From: Promethearchaeota archaeon
Lineage (GTDB): Archaea; Asgardarchaeota; Lokiarchaeia; Sigyniarchaeales; SOKP01
Length of the DNA stretch: 47,477 bases
NCBI GenBank assembly: GCA_030599585.1
Contig: JAUVNS010000024.1
Coordinates: 1 to 47,477 of the forward strand
Reading direction: 5' to 3'
Positions 19,749 through 29,178 of this stretch are shown here, in pieces (the first letter of the stretch is position 1; each line of letters opens with the position of its first letter). The notes under the pieces were generated by a model, which was not told the DNA's origin, searched no databases, and worked only from the letters and a program-made list of their open reading frames with translations. The position numbers were made by a program, and so were the translations under genes.

Positions 19749-20318
19749 TTAAGGCTTTTTTAACCAAGGACAAGGTAAAATACATGACAGACAGCCATGA
19801 TCTCCTAAACAAGTCTTAATATCTAAAACATCCTCCCTATACGATGGATGATCGTTAAAGGCAACAAATGTGAGTGCGTTTTGAGGACATGCTTCTATAC
19901 ATTTTCGGCAATTACCACATTCATTATTTATTACTTGATTTATCTGAAGTGGCAAATCTGTTAAAATTGCAATTAATCGATGTAAGGGACCATATTCTGG
20001 AGAAATAATTAATAGTGATCTACCTTGCCAACCAAGTCCTGCTGTTTTTGCTAAGATTTTAAGAGACATAAATCCTAACCGATTAATAGGATCAAACTCG
20101 TCTTCGGTATGAATAATAAGGTGCCTATAACCCTTATTTTCTAAGTAACTCATGATAGAAAACGCAGCGTCTTCTAAAAATAAGGAGTTCACGTCTCCAG
20201 ATGCTTTTTTGCCTAACTTTCCATATTGAGCACCTAATACAATGGCGTATGGAAACATTTTTATGAATTTTTTTAAATCTGTTGGAAGTCCAGTTTCCAT
20301 TTCCTTTAATAAATGCAT
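19749..20318 (-). CDS. Epoxyqueuosine-reductase / reductive-dehalogenase-like 4Fe-4S protein (true start probably further upstream)
   Basis: AGLGWQGRSLLIISPEYGP..RL.AILTD, CGNCRKCIEACP, C...GC..C...CPW. Confidence 0.8.
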   Translation of the reverse strand: MHLLKEMETGLPTDLKKFIKMFPYAIVLGAQYGKLGKKASGDVNSLFLEDAAFSIMSYLENKGYRHLIIHTEDEFDPINRLGFMSLKILAKTAGLGWQGRSLLIISPEYGPLHRLIAILTDLPLQINQVINNECGNCRKCIEACPQNALTFVAFNDHPSYREDVLDIKTCLGDHGCLSCILPCPWLKKP

Positions 20319-20485
20319 GTCAGCAATTCCATAAATATCAATTTCAAGCTTTTTTATATATTTTCTAAGATTTTCTGTTTCGATTTTCTTTTGTTCTTTC
20401 GTAAATGACTCAACTTCATTTCTTTTTTAAATTAATTAATACCTTTACTGATAAAACTAAATTCGTAAAACATCCATGTAGTTGT

Positions 20486-20926
20486 TTACTTTCGATCTTC
20501 CATTTTAAATTCCAATATTATCTTACCCCATCCGCCACATTTTAAACCAATATCAGCACAACCACCGCGTTTGAATAACATTTCATTAGGATCCAATCCC
20601 GCATAAAACATTTCGTGTGCTCCAAATATTGATTTTTCCATGACGCCCATTGCGAATACACAAATTCTTGTAGGGCAGAGTTTGGTAAGTAAATTTCCTT
20701 GACCATCAAAATATATTTTATCACCTACCTTATGCTGAGTATTACAGCCATGAGATTCAATGACTTCAAAAACAATCGTCTTTTTTAATAATCCTGGTGC
20801 TTTTGCGAGAATTTTCTGATTTCTTGGATTTTCCATGAATTCACTTATTTCTTCGTCAGTATACCCTAAATGTTCTTGAAAAAAATCAACCATATTTTTT
20901 TTTCTATCCATTTCATATCTCTCCAT
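20486..20926 (-). CDS. Cys-rich hypothetical protein (TIGR04076-like)
   Basis: EVIESHGC...HKVGDK, ICxxA, CxD...CGGWGKI. Confidence 0.65.
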   Translation of the reverse strand: MERYEMDRKKNMVDFFQEHLGYTDEEISEFMENPRNQKILAKAPGLLKKTIVFEVIESHGCNTQHKVGDKIYFDGQGNLLTKLCPTRICVFAMGVMEKSIFGAHEMFYAGLDPNEMLFKRGGCADIGLKCGGWGKIILEFKMEDRK

Positions 20927-21115
20927 TCTTAATAAATAAATAAATCAAGTTAAGTAACCCTTTTAATTATTTATCTTCTTCCATTTATGTAGTAAATTTA
21001 CTTTTTCATTAATTTATTTATTTCTCAAAAAAAATTCAATAAAATCGTTAGTATAATCTTTAACTAATCCAAGGGCTCCATCCTCTAGAACTAATTCTGT
21101 TTTATTATTAATATC

Positions 21116-22000
21116 TCATTTAGTTCTAAGCATTTGATCAACCCAACAATTATAGTAATTAGATGTCAGTATAATATGTGGAATTATATCTTTGAATCCT
21201 TCAGTTTGTAGTTTTTCTTGAATTTTCTGGGAGTCTTGAGTAGATTTTGACCATGTGTGCATTTGAATAAAGTTAGGAATATTACTAAAGCTTATACAAA
21301 AAGCAATATTTTGAGGATAATTCTCATATATATGTTGTATTGTTGAATTTATACTAGTTCCTTCTTTCAAATATAGATGAAAAGCTGTACTTACATTATT
21401 CTCTGCAATAGGGGCCCATTCCATAGTAAATATAGCTAAATTATTCTCAATCATTCGATCTAATCGTTTTCTAACTGTTTTAGCAGAAATTCCTACATCA
21501 AAAGCAATATCAGTTATAGGTTTCCTTGAATCTCTATTAAGAGTCTTTAATATTTTGAAATCAATACTTGTTAGCGGTTCTGGTGAAATTAAGTAAGGAG
21601 TATTTATAATCCCAATAGTAGGCTCACTAATCTGGGCCTTTTCTGAGACATAAGTACTAAAATCTTGGAGCTCTGATATATCTCTTAAAAAACCAGTGAT
21701 GTAGAAAAATTTGCCCCCTGCGATTGCAATTGTAAAAATACTTTCATGTTGACCTAACTCTTTACTTATAGCATCCATCGATTTTGTATTGGAATTACCG
21801 GAAATTACAACTACTAGATACTTTAATGCAATAATACTCGGTCGTGCTATAAAAGCATTGATAATCCCCTCGTCTACAAGACTTTTTATACGTTTATGTA
21901 TTGCGCTCACTGACATATTCGTCATTTCTGCTAATTCTCTATATGTCAAGCGAGAGTTATTTAATAATTTTTTTAAGAGTGTTAAGTCAATTTCATCCAT
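21116..22000 (-). CDS. Double-domain Lrp/AsnC transcriptional regulator R1
   Basis: Two AsnC HTH units (MDEIDL.LL..L..NSRLTYRELA; LTSIDFKILKTLNRDSRKPITDIA.DVGISAKTVRKRL), each followed by a RAM-like region. Confidence 0.9.
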   Translation of the reverse strand: MDEIDLTLLKKLLNNSRLTYRELAEMTNMSVSAIHKRIKSLVDEGIINAFIARPSIIALKYLVVVISGNSNTKSMDAISKELGQHESIFTIAIAGGKFFYITGFLRDISELQDFSTYVSEKAQISEPTIGIINTPYLISPEPLTSIDFKILKTLNRDSRKPITDIAFDVGISAKTVRKRLDRMIENNLAIFTMEWAPIAENNVSTAFHLYLKEGTSINSTIQHIYENYPQNIAFCISFSNIPNFIQMHTWSKSTQDSQKIQEKLQTEGFKDIIPHIILTSNYYNCWVDQMLRTK

Positions 22001-22133
22001 AATACTTACTTAAATAGTAATTATTTAATAATAATTCTAGGGCTAACTAATATTAATTTTTATATTATTAATTTATCATCCAACTAAGATTAGAAAAAAG
22101 GGAAAAAAATAAAAAATTAGGATTAATCCTATT

Positions 22134-22604
22134 TTATTTTTCACCAATGATATATCCAATAATATTATTAGAATACTCTTTAACTATATCATATACTCTA
22201 TTCTCTAATGCTAATTCTCCTTTATTTAGCTTTAAATAAAGTATTGGCGGATAGATTATTTCGGTCTTTACATTATCGTGGAGAATTTCAACCCATAATG
22301 GTTCGACTTTAATATTGGCTGTTGCAATGTAAAAACCGGATATAGCTTTAAGGGTGATTTTTTTCTTTTTAGATAATTCCCAATACTTAAGTAGCCAATT
22401 TTGAATTTCCAAACTAGGGATTGCATCGCTTATATTGTCTCCGATGATCAAATAATCTAACCTTTCTTCAATTAAGAAAGCCGGTTCAATCTTTTTAGCA
22501 TTTCCTACAGAAACATCAATGTAATCATCCAACCGATCCTGTAACATCTCAGCAATTAACTTTGAGAATCCAATTCCTTCCTTATAAATTATCCATAATT
22601 TCAG
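22134..22604 (-). CDS. Degenerate flavodoxin-like protein, probable CTG start
   Basis: Frame extends upstream of 22547 as KLWIIYKEGIGFSKLIAEML; the first codon after the in-frame stop is CTG (22604), 6 nt after GGTGA. Confidence 0.6.
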   Translation of the reverse strand: MKLWIIYKEGIGFSKLIAEMLQDRLDDYIDVSVGNAKKIEPAFLIEERLDYLIIGDNISDAIPSLEIQNWLLKYWELSKKKKITLKAISGFYIATANIKVEPLWVEILHDNVKTEIIYPPILYLKLNKGELALENRVYDIVKEYSNNIIGYIIGEK

Positions 22605-22682
22605 TTAATTTCACCAGTAGAATTCATTTACTTTGATTTTGTTTATAATTTTATTTGTAAATAATAATAAAAAAAAATTGAT

Positions 22683-23645
22683 CTAAATATGATCTAAAGT
22701 TATTACTACTTGTCCCTTTTTCTGCCCTGTTTCGATATACCTGTGAGCTTCAGATATCTGTTCCAACGGATAGCGTTTATCTATGACCGCCTTTAATTTT
22801 CCAGCTTCAATAAGTTCTTTAAGATAAATTAAATCTTCAGCTCTTCCTTCTAAGAGTCCACTTACTGCTTTCTTGTTACTAAATACTCGAAAAGCCCGTC
22901 CCAACCCAAAGGTCGTAAAAACATAGAATCCCTCTTCCGTCAGCATTCTTTTGCTAGCTGAAAACGGGCTTTTGCCTATCGTATCAAAAATAATGTCATA
23001 CTTCTCGTCGCTTTTGGTAAAATCCTCTTTAGTATAATCAATTACTTTATCGGCTCCAAGAGACCTCACTAATTCTAATTTTGGGGTGCTGCATACTCCA
23101 GTTATTTTTGCCCCAAAGTACTTGGCAAGCTGAACTCCAAAAGTCCCTACCCCTCCCGACGCGCCAAAGATGAGAACTTTTTGACCGCTCTGGATCTTAC
23201 CCATTCTTAAGAAATACAATGCGGTTAATCCCCCATAAGGAATGGCAGCGGCTTCTTCATATGTCATATTAGCTGGTTTTATTGCTACAGACCCATCTTC
23301 AGGCATACATACGTATTCAGCATTAGCTCCCAAATTCATCCCAGTGAATCCAAAAACTTGGTCACCCTTCTTGAATAGATTTACATCTTTACCTACGGAT
23401 TCAATTTCCCCAGCTAATTCAGTCCCAAGTATTGGTTTCTTTGGTTTTCTGAGCCCAGACGATAATTTTATTAATAATCCAAATCCAGGAGGACCTGTGC
23501 AAGCTCTCCCCCAACAGTCGTATAATGTTGCTGTCGTCGCATATACTCTTATCAGCACTTCATTGTCCTTAGGAGTTGGTTTTTCTACCTCCTTGACCTG
23601 AAGAACCTCAGGAGGTCCGTATTTTGAGTATACAGCCGCTTTCAT
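22683..23645 (-). CDS. NAD(P)-dependent MDR-family oxidoreductase, paralog 2 (possible ATT start at 23702)
   Basis: [32 protein letters not shown]; paralog of 2881-3840. Confidence 0.9.
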   Translation of the reverse strand: MKAAVYSKYGPPEVLQVKEVEKPTPKDNEVLIRVYATTATLYDCWGRACTGPPGFGLLIKLSSGLRKPKKPILGTELAGEIESVGKDVNLFKKGDQVFGFTGMNLGANAEYVCMPEDGSVAIKPANMTYEEAAAIPYGGLTALYFLRMGKIQSGQKVLIFGASGGVGTFGVQLAKYFGAKITGVCSTPKLELVRSLGADKVIDYTKEDFTKSDEKYDIIFDTIGKSPFSASKRMLTEEGFYVFTTFGLGRAFRVFSNKKAVSGLLEGRAEDLIYLKELIEAGKLKAVIDKRYPLEQISEAHRYIETGQKKGQVVITLDHI

Positions 23646-23736
23646 GTAATTTTCATGTCGAGAATCAGCAAAATCTTCTTTTTTTATTATATCTTGTGTA
23701 ATTTCTTATCACCTTTTTTTTATTTTTATTTTTTAA

Positions 23737-24375
23737 CTATTTAATATCTCGAACCATTAACCACATTGGTAAATTCAATGGTTCTGGAAGAATTATTTTT
23801 TTCTTAACAGAAAATCCATACTTTTCGTAGAGACTAACATTCTCTTCTTTTTGAGTCTCCAAATAAATAGGTTTTCTTTCTGTTTCAGCATTTTCTATAA
23901 GTGCTCTTAATAATTTTCCTCCAAAACCTTTTCCTTGAAATTCTTGTGAAACACCCATTATTAATAGATGTATATATGGGCCTAAATTAAGACTTTTCTT
24001 CGCTTCTTCAACTGCATTACTGAGTACATTCATAATTTTTGCTTCGTTTGCTATTTTCATAGAAAGAAAAAAAGCACCACTTCGAATAACTCTCAATGTT
24101 GTCATATCTTTATCATGAGGTGCAATTGCCATTACTCCTTCTAACTTATCAGATGTCGAGAAGACATTACCATATTTCAAACAAAATCTAACCATAACTT
24201 CAGTTAGTACACGATTCTTATCTTTATCTTCAAATACTTCATTCCACATTGATTCTTCAGAAAATGCATTAGTGAGTACATTTACTGCGTTCTTACGATC
24301 TTTTTTTTGTATTTTATATAATCCACTAATTAATGACATATTTTCAGGTGGAACCATTTTGTTTTTTATAACCAA
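23737..24375 (-). CDS. GNAT N-acetyltransferase, paralog 2 (alternative start 24339)
   Basis: VSQEFQGKGFGG, YLETQ...NV.LYEKYGF; close paralog of 3962-4567. Confidence 0.88.
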   Translation of the reverse strand: MVIKNKMVPPENMSLISGLYKIQKKDRKNAVNVLTNAFSEESMWNEVFEDKDKNRVLTEVMVRFCLKYGNVFSTSDKLEGVMAIAPHDKDMTTLRVIRSGAFFLSMKIANEAKIMNVLSNAVEEAKKSLNLGPYIHLLIMGVSQEFQGKGFGGKLLRALIENAETERKPIYLETQKEENVSLYEKYGFSVKKKIILPEPLNLPMWLMVRDIK

Positions 24376-24414
24376 ATTTTTTACACTTTTTTTTTATTTT
24401 TTTTTTATTAATTT

Positions 24415-24646
24415 TAATACAGATTGGGGCTCTAATAACAGCATGTTCACTACTATGGAAAAAAACTAACAATAAGGGCTTTTAGTCATTAAATAGAAGG
24501 AACGGTAATTTTCCATCTAAATAATAAGAGTATAAAATATAAAAAAAGAACAAAATATCAATAAAATCCGCATTTTTCTTCTCAAATGAATATATTGTGG
24601 AACGAAAAGTACCACAATATTTTCCATTTAGTTGAAATTTGGGAAT
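24415..24646. repeat. ~232-bp conserved non-coding element, copy 1
   Basis: About 93% identical (manual alignment) to 27851-28082; contains the inverted repeat ATATTGTGG-N11-CCACAATAT (24592-24620). Confidence 0.92.
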
Positions 24647-24664
24647 AGAATTTCAATTACTATA

Positions 24665-25549
24665 TCATTTAGTTCTAAGCAATTGATCAATCCAACAGTC
24701 GTAGAAATCACTCGATAATGCAATATATGTGATAATATCTTTGAATCCTTCAGTTTGCAGTTCTTTTTGAATTTCATGGGATTCTTGAGTAGATTTTGTC
24801 CACGTGAACATAATAATTAAGTTAGGTATATTACTAAAACTTAGACAAGCAATAACATTTTGATTGTATTTCTCATATATATGTTGTATTGTTGAGTTTA
24901 TATCAGTGCCCTCTTTCAGATGAACGTGAAATGCTGTAGTAAGATTATTTGCCGCTTTTTCAGACCAGTCAATAATAAAATCAACGAGGTTATTCTCAAT
25001 CATACGAGTTAATCGTTTTCTAACGGTTTTAGCAGAAAGTCCAACATCTTCTGCGATATCTGTTACAGGTTTCCTTGCATCTCTATTAAGAGACTTCAAT
25101 ATTTTATAATCTATAGTAGTTAGTGGTTCTGGGGTTGTGATATATGGTACACTTACAATTCCTACATTAGGTTCACTAATTTGAGCTGTTTTAGACACAT
25201 AAATACTCAACTCTTGAAGTTCTGATATATCCCTTAAAAAGGCTGAGATAGTAAGATGTTTTGCTCCAGCTATACCAACAAAATTAATATTCTCATGTTG
25301 CCCTAGTTCTTTACTTAGTAAATCCATTGATTTTGCTTCAGAAGTGCCAAAAATCAAAACTGAAAGGTACTTCAATGCAATCGCACTTGGTCGGGCAATA
25401 AAAGCATTAATAATCTCATCGTCTACAAGTTTTTTTACACGCTTATGTATAGCACTAATTGACATATTCGTCATATCTGCTAATTCTCTATATGTTAAGC
25501 GAGAGTTTTCGAATAGTTTTCTCAGAAGGAAAAAGTCAGTTTCATCCAT
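24665..25549 (-). CDS. Double-domain Lrp/AsnC transcriptional regulator R2
   Basis: Two AsnC HTH units; paralog of R1 and R3. Confidence 0.9.
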   Translation of the reverse strand: MDETDFFLLRKLFENSRLTYRELADMTNMSISAIHKRVKKLVDDEIINAFIARPSAIALKYLSVLIFGTSEAKSMDLLSKELGQHENINFVGIAGAKHLTISAFLRDISELQELSIYVSKTAQISEPNVGIVSVPYITTPEPLTTIDYKILKSLNRDARKPVTDIAEDVGLSAKTVRKRLTRMIENNLVDFIIDWSEKAANNLTTAFHVHLKEGTDINSTIQHIYEKYNQNVIACLSFSNIPNLIIMFTWTKSTQESHEIQKELQTEGFKDIITYIALSSDFYDCWIDQLLRTK

Positions 25550-25692
25550 AAATCTTACAAAGAATAATGTCTAATAAAAAATATGAAAATAATTTAAGAA
25601 ACACTTTAATCAATACAAGATATTTCATGTAATATAAGTATATCTCTCTATAAAGAAGAAAATAAAAAAAAAAATAGAAATTTATTATTTAC

Positions 25693-25947
25693 TTATTCTT
25701 TTCCTCGAATTAATTTAACCACAAAAATTACGAGAAAAATAGCTCCGATTGTGACACATATAACAGGAATCGCTTGAGAAACAAGCCCGGTAATCAAGCC
25801 TTCAGCTGTGCTAATAGAATCTAAAAAATCCTGCCAACTTAAAATAGAAGGATTAGTCCATCCTAATAGCGGTGGTAATACAAACATTGTAATTATAAAA
25901 ATTACAACCAACATTATTCCGATAATAAATGTTGTCCATTTTTTCAT
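25693..25947 (-). CDS. 84-aa two-TM membrane protein, copy a
   Basis: 70/84 identical to 29986-30240; AGGT upstream. Confidence 0.85.
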   Translation of the reverse strand: MKKWTTFIIGIMLVVIFIITMFVLPPLLGWTNPSILSWQDFLDSISTAEGLITGLVSQAIPVICVTIGAIFLVIFVVKLIRGKE

Positions 25948-26029
25948 TCATATCTACCTATTAATTTATAAGTTTTTCCAATATTTAATTTTAAATTAAG
26001 ATTTTTCATTAAAAAAAAAAAAGGTTTTT

Positions 26030-26776
26030 TTACGCTTTTCCAAACCTATTGAATACTACTGTTCCTATAATTACAATAACTATACTATAAACAGCTAAGA
26101 CTCCTAAATTAATCCAAATAGTTATTTCTGTCAATGGAACACCATTAAAGATCATTTGTATTGAATTAGTAGAATAATAGATTGGAAAAAATATTCCTAT
26201 TACTTGTGTAGCTTCTGACATTGGGATCCAAGTACCTAAAAGCATTTGTGGCATGAAAAATATCATTGATACTCCCACAGCAGCTCCAGAGCTTTTTGCG
26301 AACGTTGCAGAGATAAGACCAAAACCAACAGAGGATAGTGCTAGGAATCCTACAAACGCAAATGCTAATAAAAAGCCCGAAGACCTAATACGAAAGCCTA
26401 GTATTAAAGCTAACACCGTTATAATTGCTACTTGTAAGAGAGATATTAGTATATTAGCGATTACATGACTTCCCATAAATTCTCCGGATGTTGTAGGTGT
26501 GGTATTCATTCTGTCGAGTAATCCATCTTTTCGGTAGTCAGTAAACGCCATAGCAACAGTCATGACGATATATACACACGTAAACCCATATATCCCAGGT
26601 ATCATGAAATCAAAAATACTGACTCCAGGGGTGGAGGTGGGAGTATCTGACAAAGCTAACCCAAATGTTAGAGTTAATATTATAGGCAATAATATCAAAG
26701 AGAAAAGATAAGTTGGATCTCGTATCAATTTTTTAAGTTCCAATTTTAACAATGCCATAGTTCTTTGTAAATTCAT
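26030..26776 (-). CDS. ABC-2 type exporter permease
   Basis: Six TM segments, DFMIPGI, G.LDRM.TTP, follows an ABC ATPase. Confidence 0.9.
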   Translation of the reverse strand: MNLQRTMALLKLELKKLIRDPTYLFSLILLPIILTLTFGLALSDTPTSTPGVSIFDFMIPGIYGFTCVYIVMTVAMAFTDYRKDGLLDRMNTTPTTSGEFMGSHVIANILISLLQVAIITVLALILGFRIRSSGFLLAFAFVGFLALSSVGFGLISATFAKSSGAAVGVSMIFFMPQMLLGTWIPMSEATQVIGIFFPIYYSTNSIQMIFNGVPLTEITIWINLGVLAVYSIVIVIIGTVVFNRFGKA

Positions 26777-26778
26777 TT

Positions 26779-27564
26779 TTAAAGCCCCTCCGTAATTCTT
26801 CTACCTGTAATTTTTAAAAATACTTTCTCTAAATCCTCTACATTATGTTTTTCCATTAATCCTTTAGGAGTTCCTAAATCGATCAACTCACCAAAATCAA
26901 TAATGGCAACGTGATCACTAAGAGCTTCTGCTTCCTCGATATAATGGGTGGTCAAAACTACTGTTTTTCCTTTCTCCTTGAGAGAAGCGATAAATTCCCA
27001 AGTTTTTCGACGTACTCGTGCATCCATGCCCACTGTAGGTTCGTCAAGAAATAATATATCTGGGTCACCAATTAAGGCCATCAGCATATTAATCTGACGC
27101 AGCATTCCACCGCTATATTTCTTTGCTTTTCGCTTGCTTTGTTCGGTAAAATCTACTGCTTCTAGAAGCTCATCAATACGCTCTTTTAACACCTTTTTAT
27201 CTATTGCATAGAGATTTCCATAAAGCTCAATATTTTCTCGTCCTGAAAGAAACTTATAGATAGCTGCTTGTTGGGGGCAAACACCAATCAATTCTTTGAT
27301 CTTATTAAGATCCTTCCTTACATTATAGCCCCCCACATAAATTTCACCGCTTGTAGGTTTTAATAGACCTATCATCATTTTAATAGTTGTAGTCTTCCCC
27401 GCACCATTTGGTCCTAAGAGACCAAAAATTTCACCTTTATTTATTTTAAATGAAAGATCGTTAACAGCCTTTACATCATCGAAATGCTTTTTTAAATTTT
27501 GAATCTCAATTACTGTATTATTAGAACTTCCTTTTCTCAGATCAGATTCTTCTGAAATTGTCAT
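26779..27564 (-). CDS. ABC exporter ATP-binding subunit (DrrA-like)
   Basis: GPNGAGKTT, YSGGM, LFLDEPT, TTHY. Confidence 0.94.
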   Translation of the reverse strand: MTISEESDLRKGSSNNTVIEIQNLKKHFDDVKAVNDLSFKINKGEIFGLLGPNGAGKTTTIKMMIGLLKPTSGEIYVGGYNVRKDLNKIKELIGVCPQQAAIYKFLSGRENIELYGNLYAIDKKVLKERIDELLEAVDFTEQSKRKAKKYSGGMLRQINMLMALIGDPDILFLDEPTVGMDARVRRKTWEFIASLKEKGKTVVLTTHYIEEAEALSDHVAIIDFGELIDLGTPKGLMEKHNVEDLEKVFLKITGRRITEGL

Positions 27565-27581
27565 TTTTTCATTCCTCCTAT

Positions 27582-27794
27582 TTAACTTTTTTTTGTTTTA
27601 TTTATCTTGTACCAAAGTAGTCCATAATTTAACGCTGGACCCGCAATAGTAATTGCAATTGCAGTAATAAAGAGCGCTAAGTTTGGAGCGTTTACCCAAT
27701 AAACAAGCCACATAATTATCAGTGCGACGATCCAAATCCCCATAATTACCCAGTTAATCTCTTTGTACGTTGGAGTTTTTTTTACTTCACTCAT
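27582..27794 (-). CDS. 70-aa two-TM membrane protein
   Basis: MSEVKKTPTY... with two hydrophobic helices; start placed at ATG 27794 because the track's longer start lies inside the repeat element. Confidence 0.7.
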   Translation of the reverse strand: MSEVKKTPTYKEINWVIMGIWIVALIIMWLVYWVNAPNLALFITAIAITIAGPALNYGLLWYKINKTKKS

Positions 27795-27850
27795 TTTTAT
27801 TCTCACTTTAAGTTTTATTTTTTTTTTGTAATTTTTTTTTTTGTTAATCA

Positions 27851-28082
27851 TAATACTGATCGGGGCTCTTATAACAGCATGTTCACTACTATGGAAAAAA
27901 ATTAACAATGGGGTTTTATAGTCATTAAATAAAAAGAAAGGTAATTATCCATCTAAATAATAAGAGCATAAAATAAAAAAAAAGAACAAAATATCAATAA
28001 TATCCGCATTTTTCTTCTCTAATGAATATATTGTGGAACGAAAAGTACCACAATATTTTCCATTTAGTTGAAATTTGGGAAT
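27851..28082. repeat. ~232-bp conserved non-coding element, copy 2
   Basis: Direct repeat of 24415-24646; inverted repeat at 28028-28056 identical to copy 1. Confidence 0.92.
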
Positions 28083-28087
28083 GGATT

Positions 28088-28975
28088 TTAGGATTTTGTT
28101 CTAAGTAATTGGTCGACCCAACAATCATAATACTTTGCAGAAAGATAAATATGTGGAATTACATCCTTGAATCCTTCGGTTTGCAGGTCTTCCTGAATTT
28201 TTTGGGTCCCTTTAGAAGATTTTGTCCATACATGCATTGATAAAAAGTTTGGAATATTACTATAGCTTTGGCAATAAGCAGTATTCTGGGAATGTTTCTG
28301 ATTAAGATACTGAATTGTTGAATTAATATCGGTTCCTTCTTTTAAATTAATATGAAAAACTGTATTAAAATTATTTTCTGATAACGGAGCCCATTCAATG
28401 GTAAATCTGGCTAACTTGTTCTCGATCATTCGATCTAATCGCCTTTTAACAGTTTTTGCGGAGATCCCTACATCATCTGCAATATCTGTTATAGGCTTCC
28501 TTGAATCTCGATTTAGAGCTTTTAAAATCTTATAATCAATAGTTGTGAGTGGTTCTGGGGTTGTCACATAGGGAACATTTATAATTCCTATTGTTGGCTC
28601 ACTAATCTGACCCGTTCTTGAGACATAACTACTAAAGTCTTGAAGCTCTGATATATTCCTTATGTAAGCGGGAATAATGAGGTATTTTCCTCCGGCTATA
28701 GCAATAACATAAATATTCTCATGCTGTCCTAGTTCTTTGCTCACTGCATCCATTGATCTTGCATTAGAAGTGCCCCAAATCGCAACCCATAGAAATTTTA
28801 ATGCTAAAACACTTGGTCTTGCAATAAAAGCAAGGATATCCTCATTGTCTACAAGATTCTTTACGCGTTTATGTATACCGCTGACAGTCATGTTGGTAAT
28901 TTCCGATAATTCCCTATATGTCAAGCGAGAGTTTTCTCTTAGTTTTCTAATAAGGATTAAGTCAATTTCATCCAT
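28088..28975 (-). CDS. Double-domain Lrp/AsnC transcriptional regulator R3
   Basis: Start MDEIDLIL at 28975 by alignment with R1 and R2; two HTH units. Confidence 0.9.
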   Translation of the reverse strand: MDEIDLILIRKLRENSRLTYRELSEITNMTVSGIHKRVKNLVDNEDILAFIARPSVLALKFLWVAIWGTSNARSMDAVSKELGQHENIYVIAIAGGKYLIIPAYIRNISELQDFSSYVSRTGQISEPTIGIINVPYVTTPEPLTTIDYKILKALNRDSRKPITDIADDVGISAKTVKRRLDRMIENKLARFTIEWAPLSENNFNTVFHINLKEGTDINSTIQYLNQKHSQNTAYCQSYSNIPNFLSMHVWTKSSKGTQKIQEDLQTEGFKDVIPHIYLSAKYYDCWVDQLLRTKS

Positions 28976-29178
28976 ATTTCTAACTAGAAATTCATTTATT
29001 CTAATAATTATAATGTTCTCTTCAGATATTATAAATGTTTTAGTGATATTATAGAAAAATCCTAGTAAAGAAGCGGAAAAAAATGCAATACTCACTGAAG
29101 TTAAAGAATCTTTTGACAAGATAGAATAAAAGAAAAGAAAAAAAAAACTAAACATTAAGAAGAGGGTTAATACATTAG

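Noticed and set aside
24478-24520. Fluoride-riboswitch-like words (GAUGGA...UAAUGAC) in the repeat element
   Set aside because: The required P1 stem and pseudoknot pairings are absent.
27795-27908. Extended start for the small TM protein (108 aa)
   Set aside because: It lies within the duplicated non-coding element and a poly-A leader.
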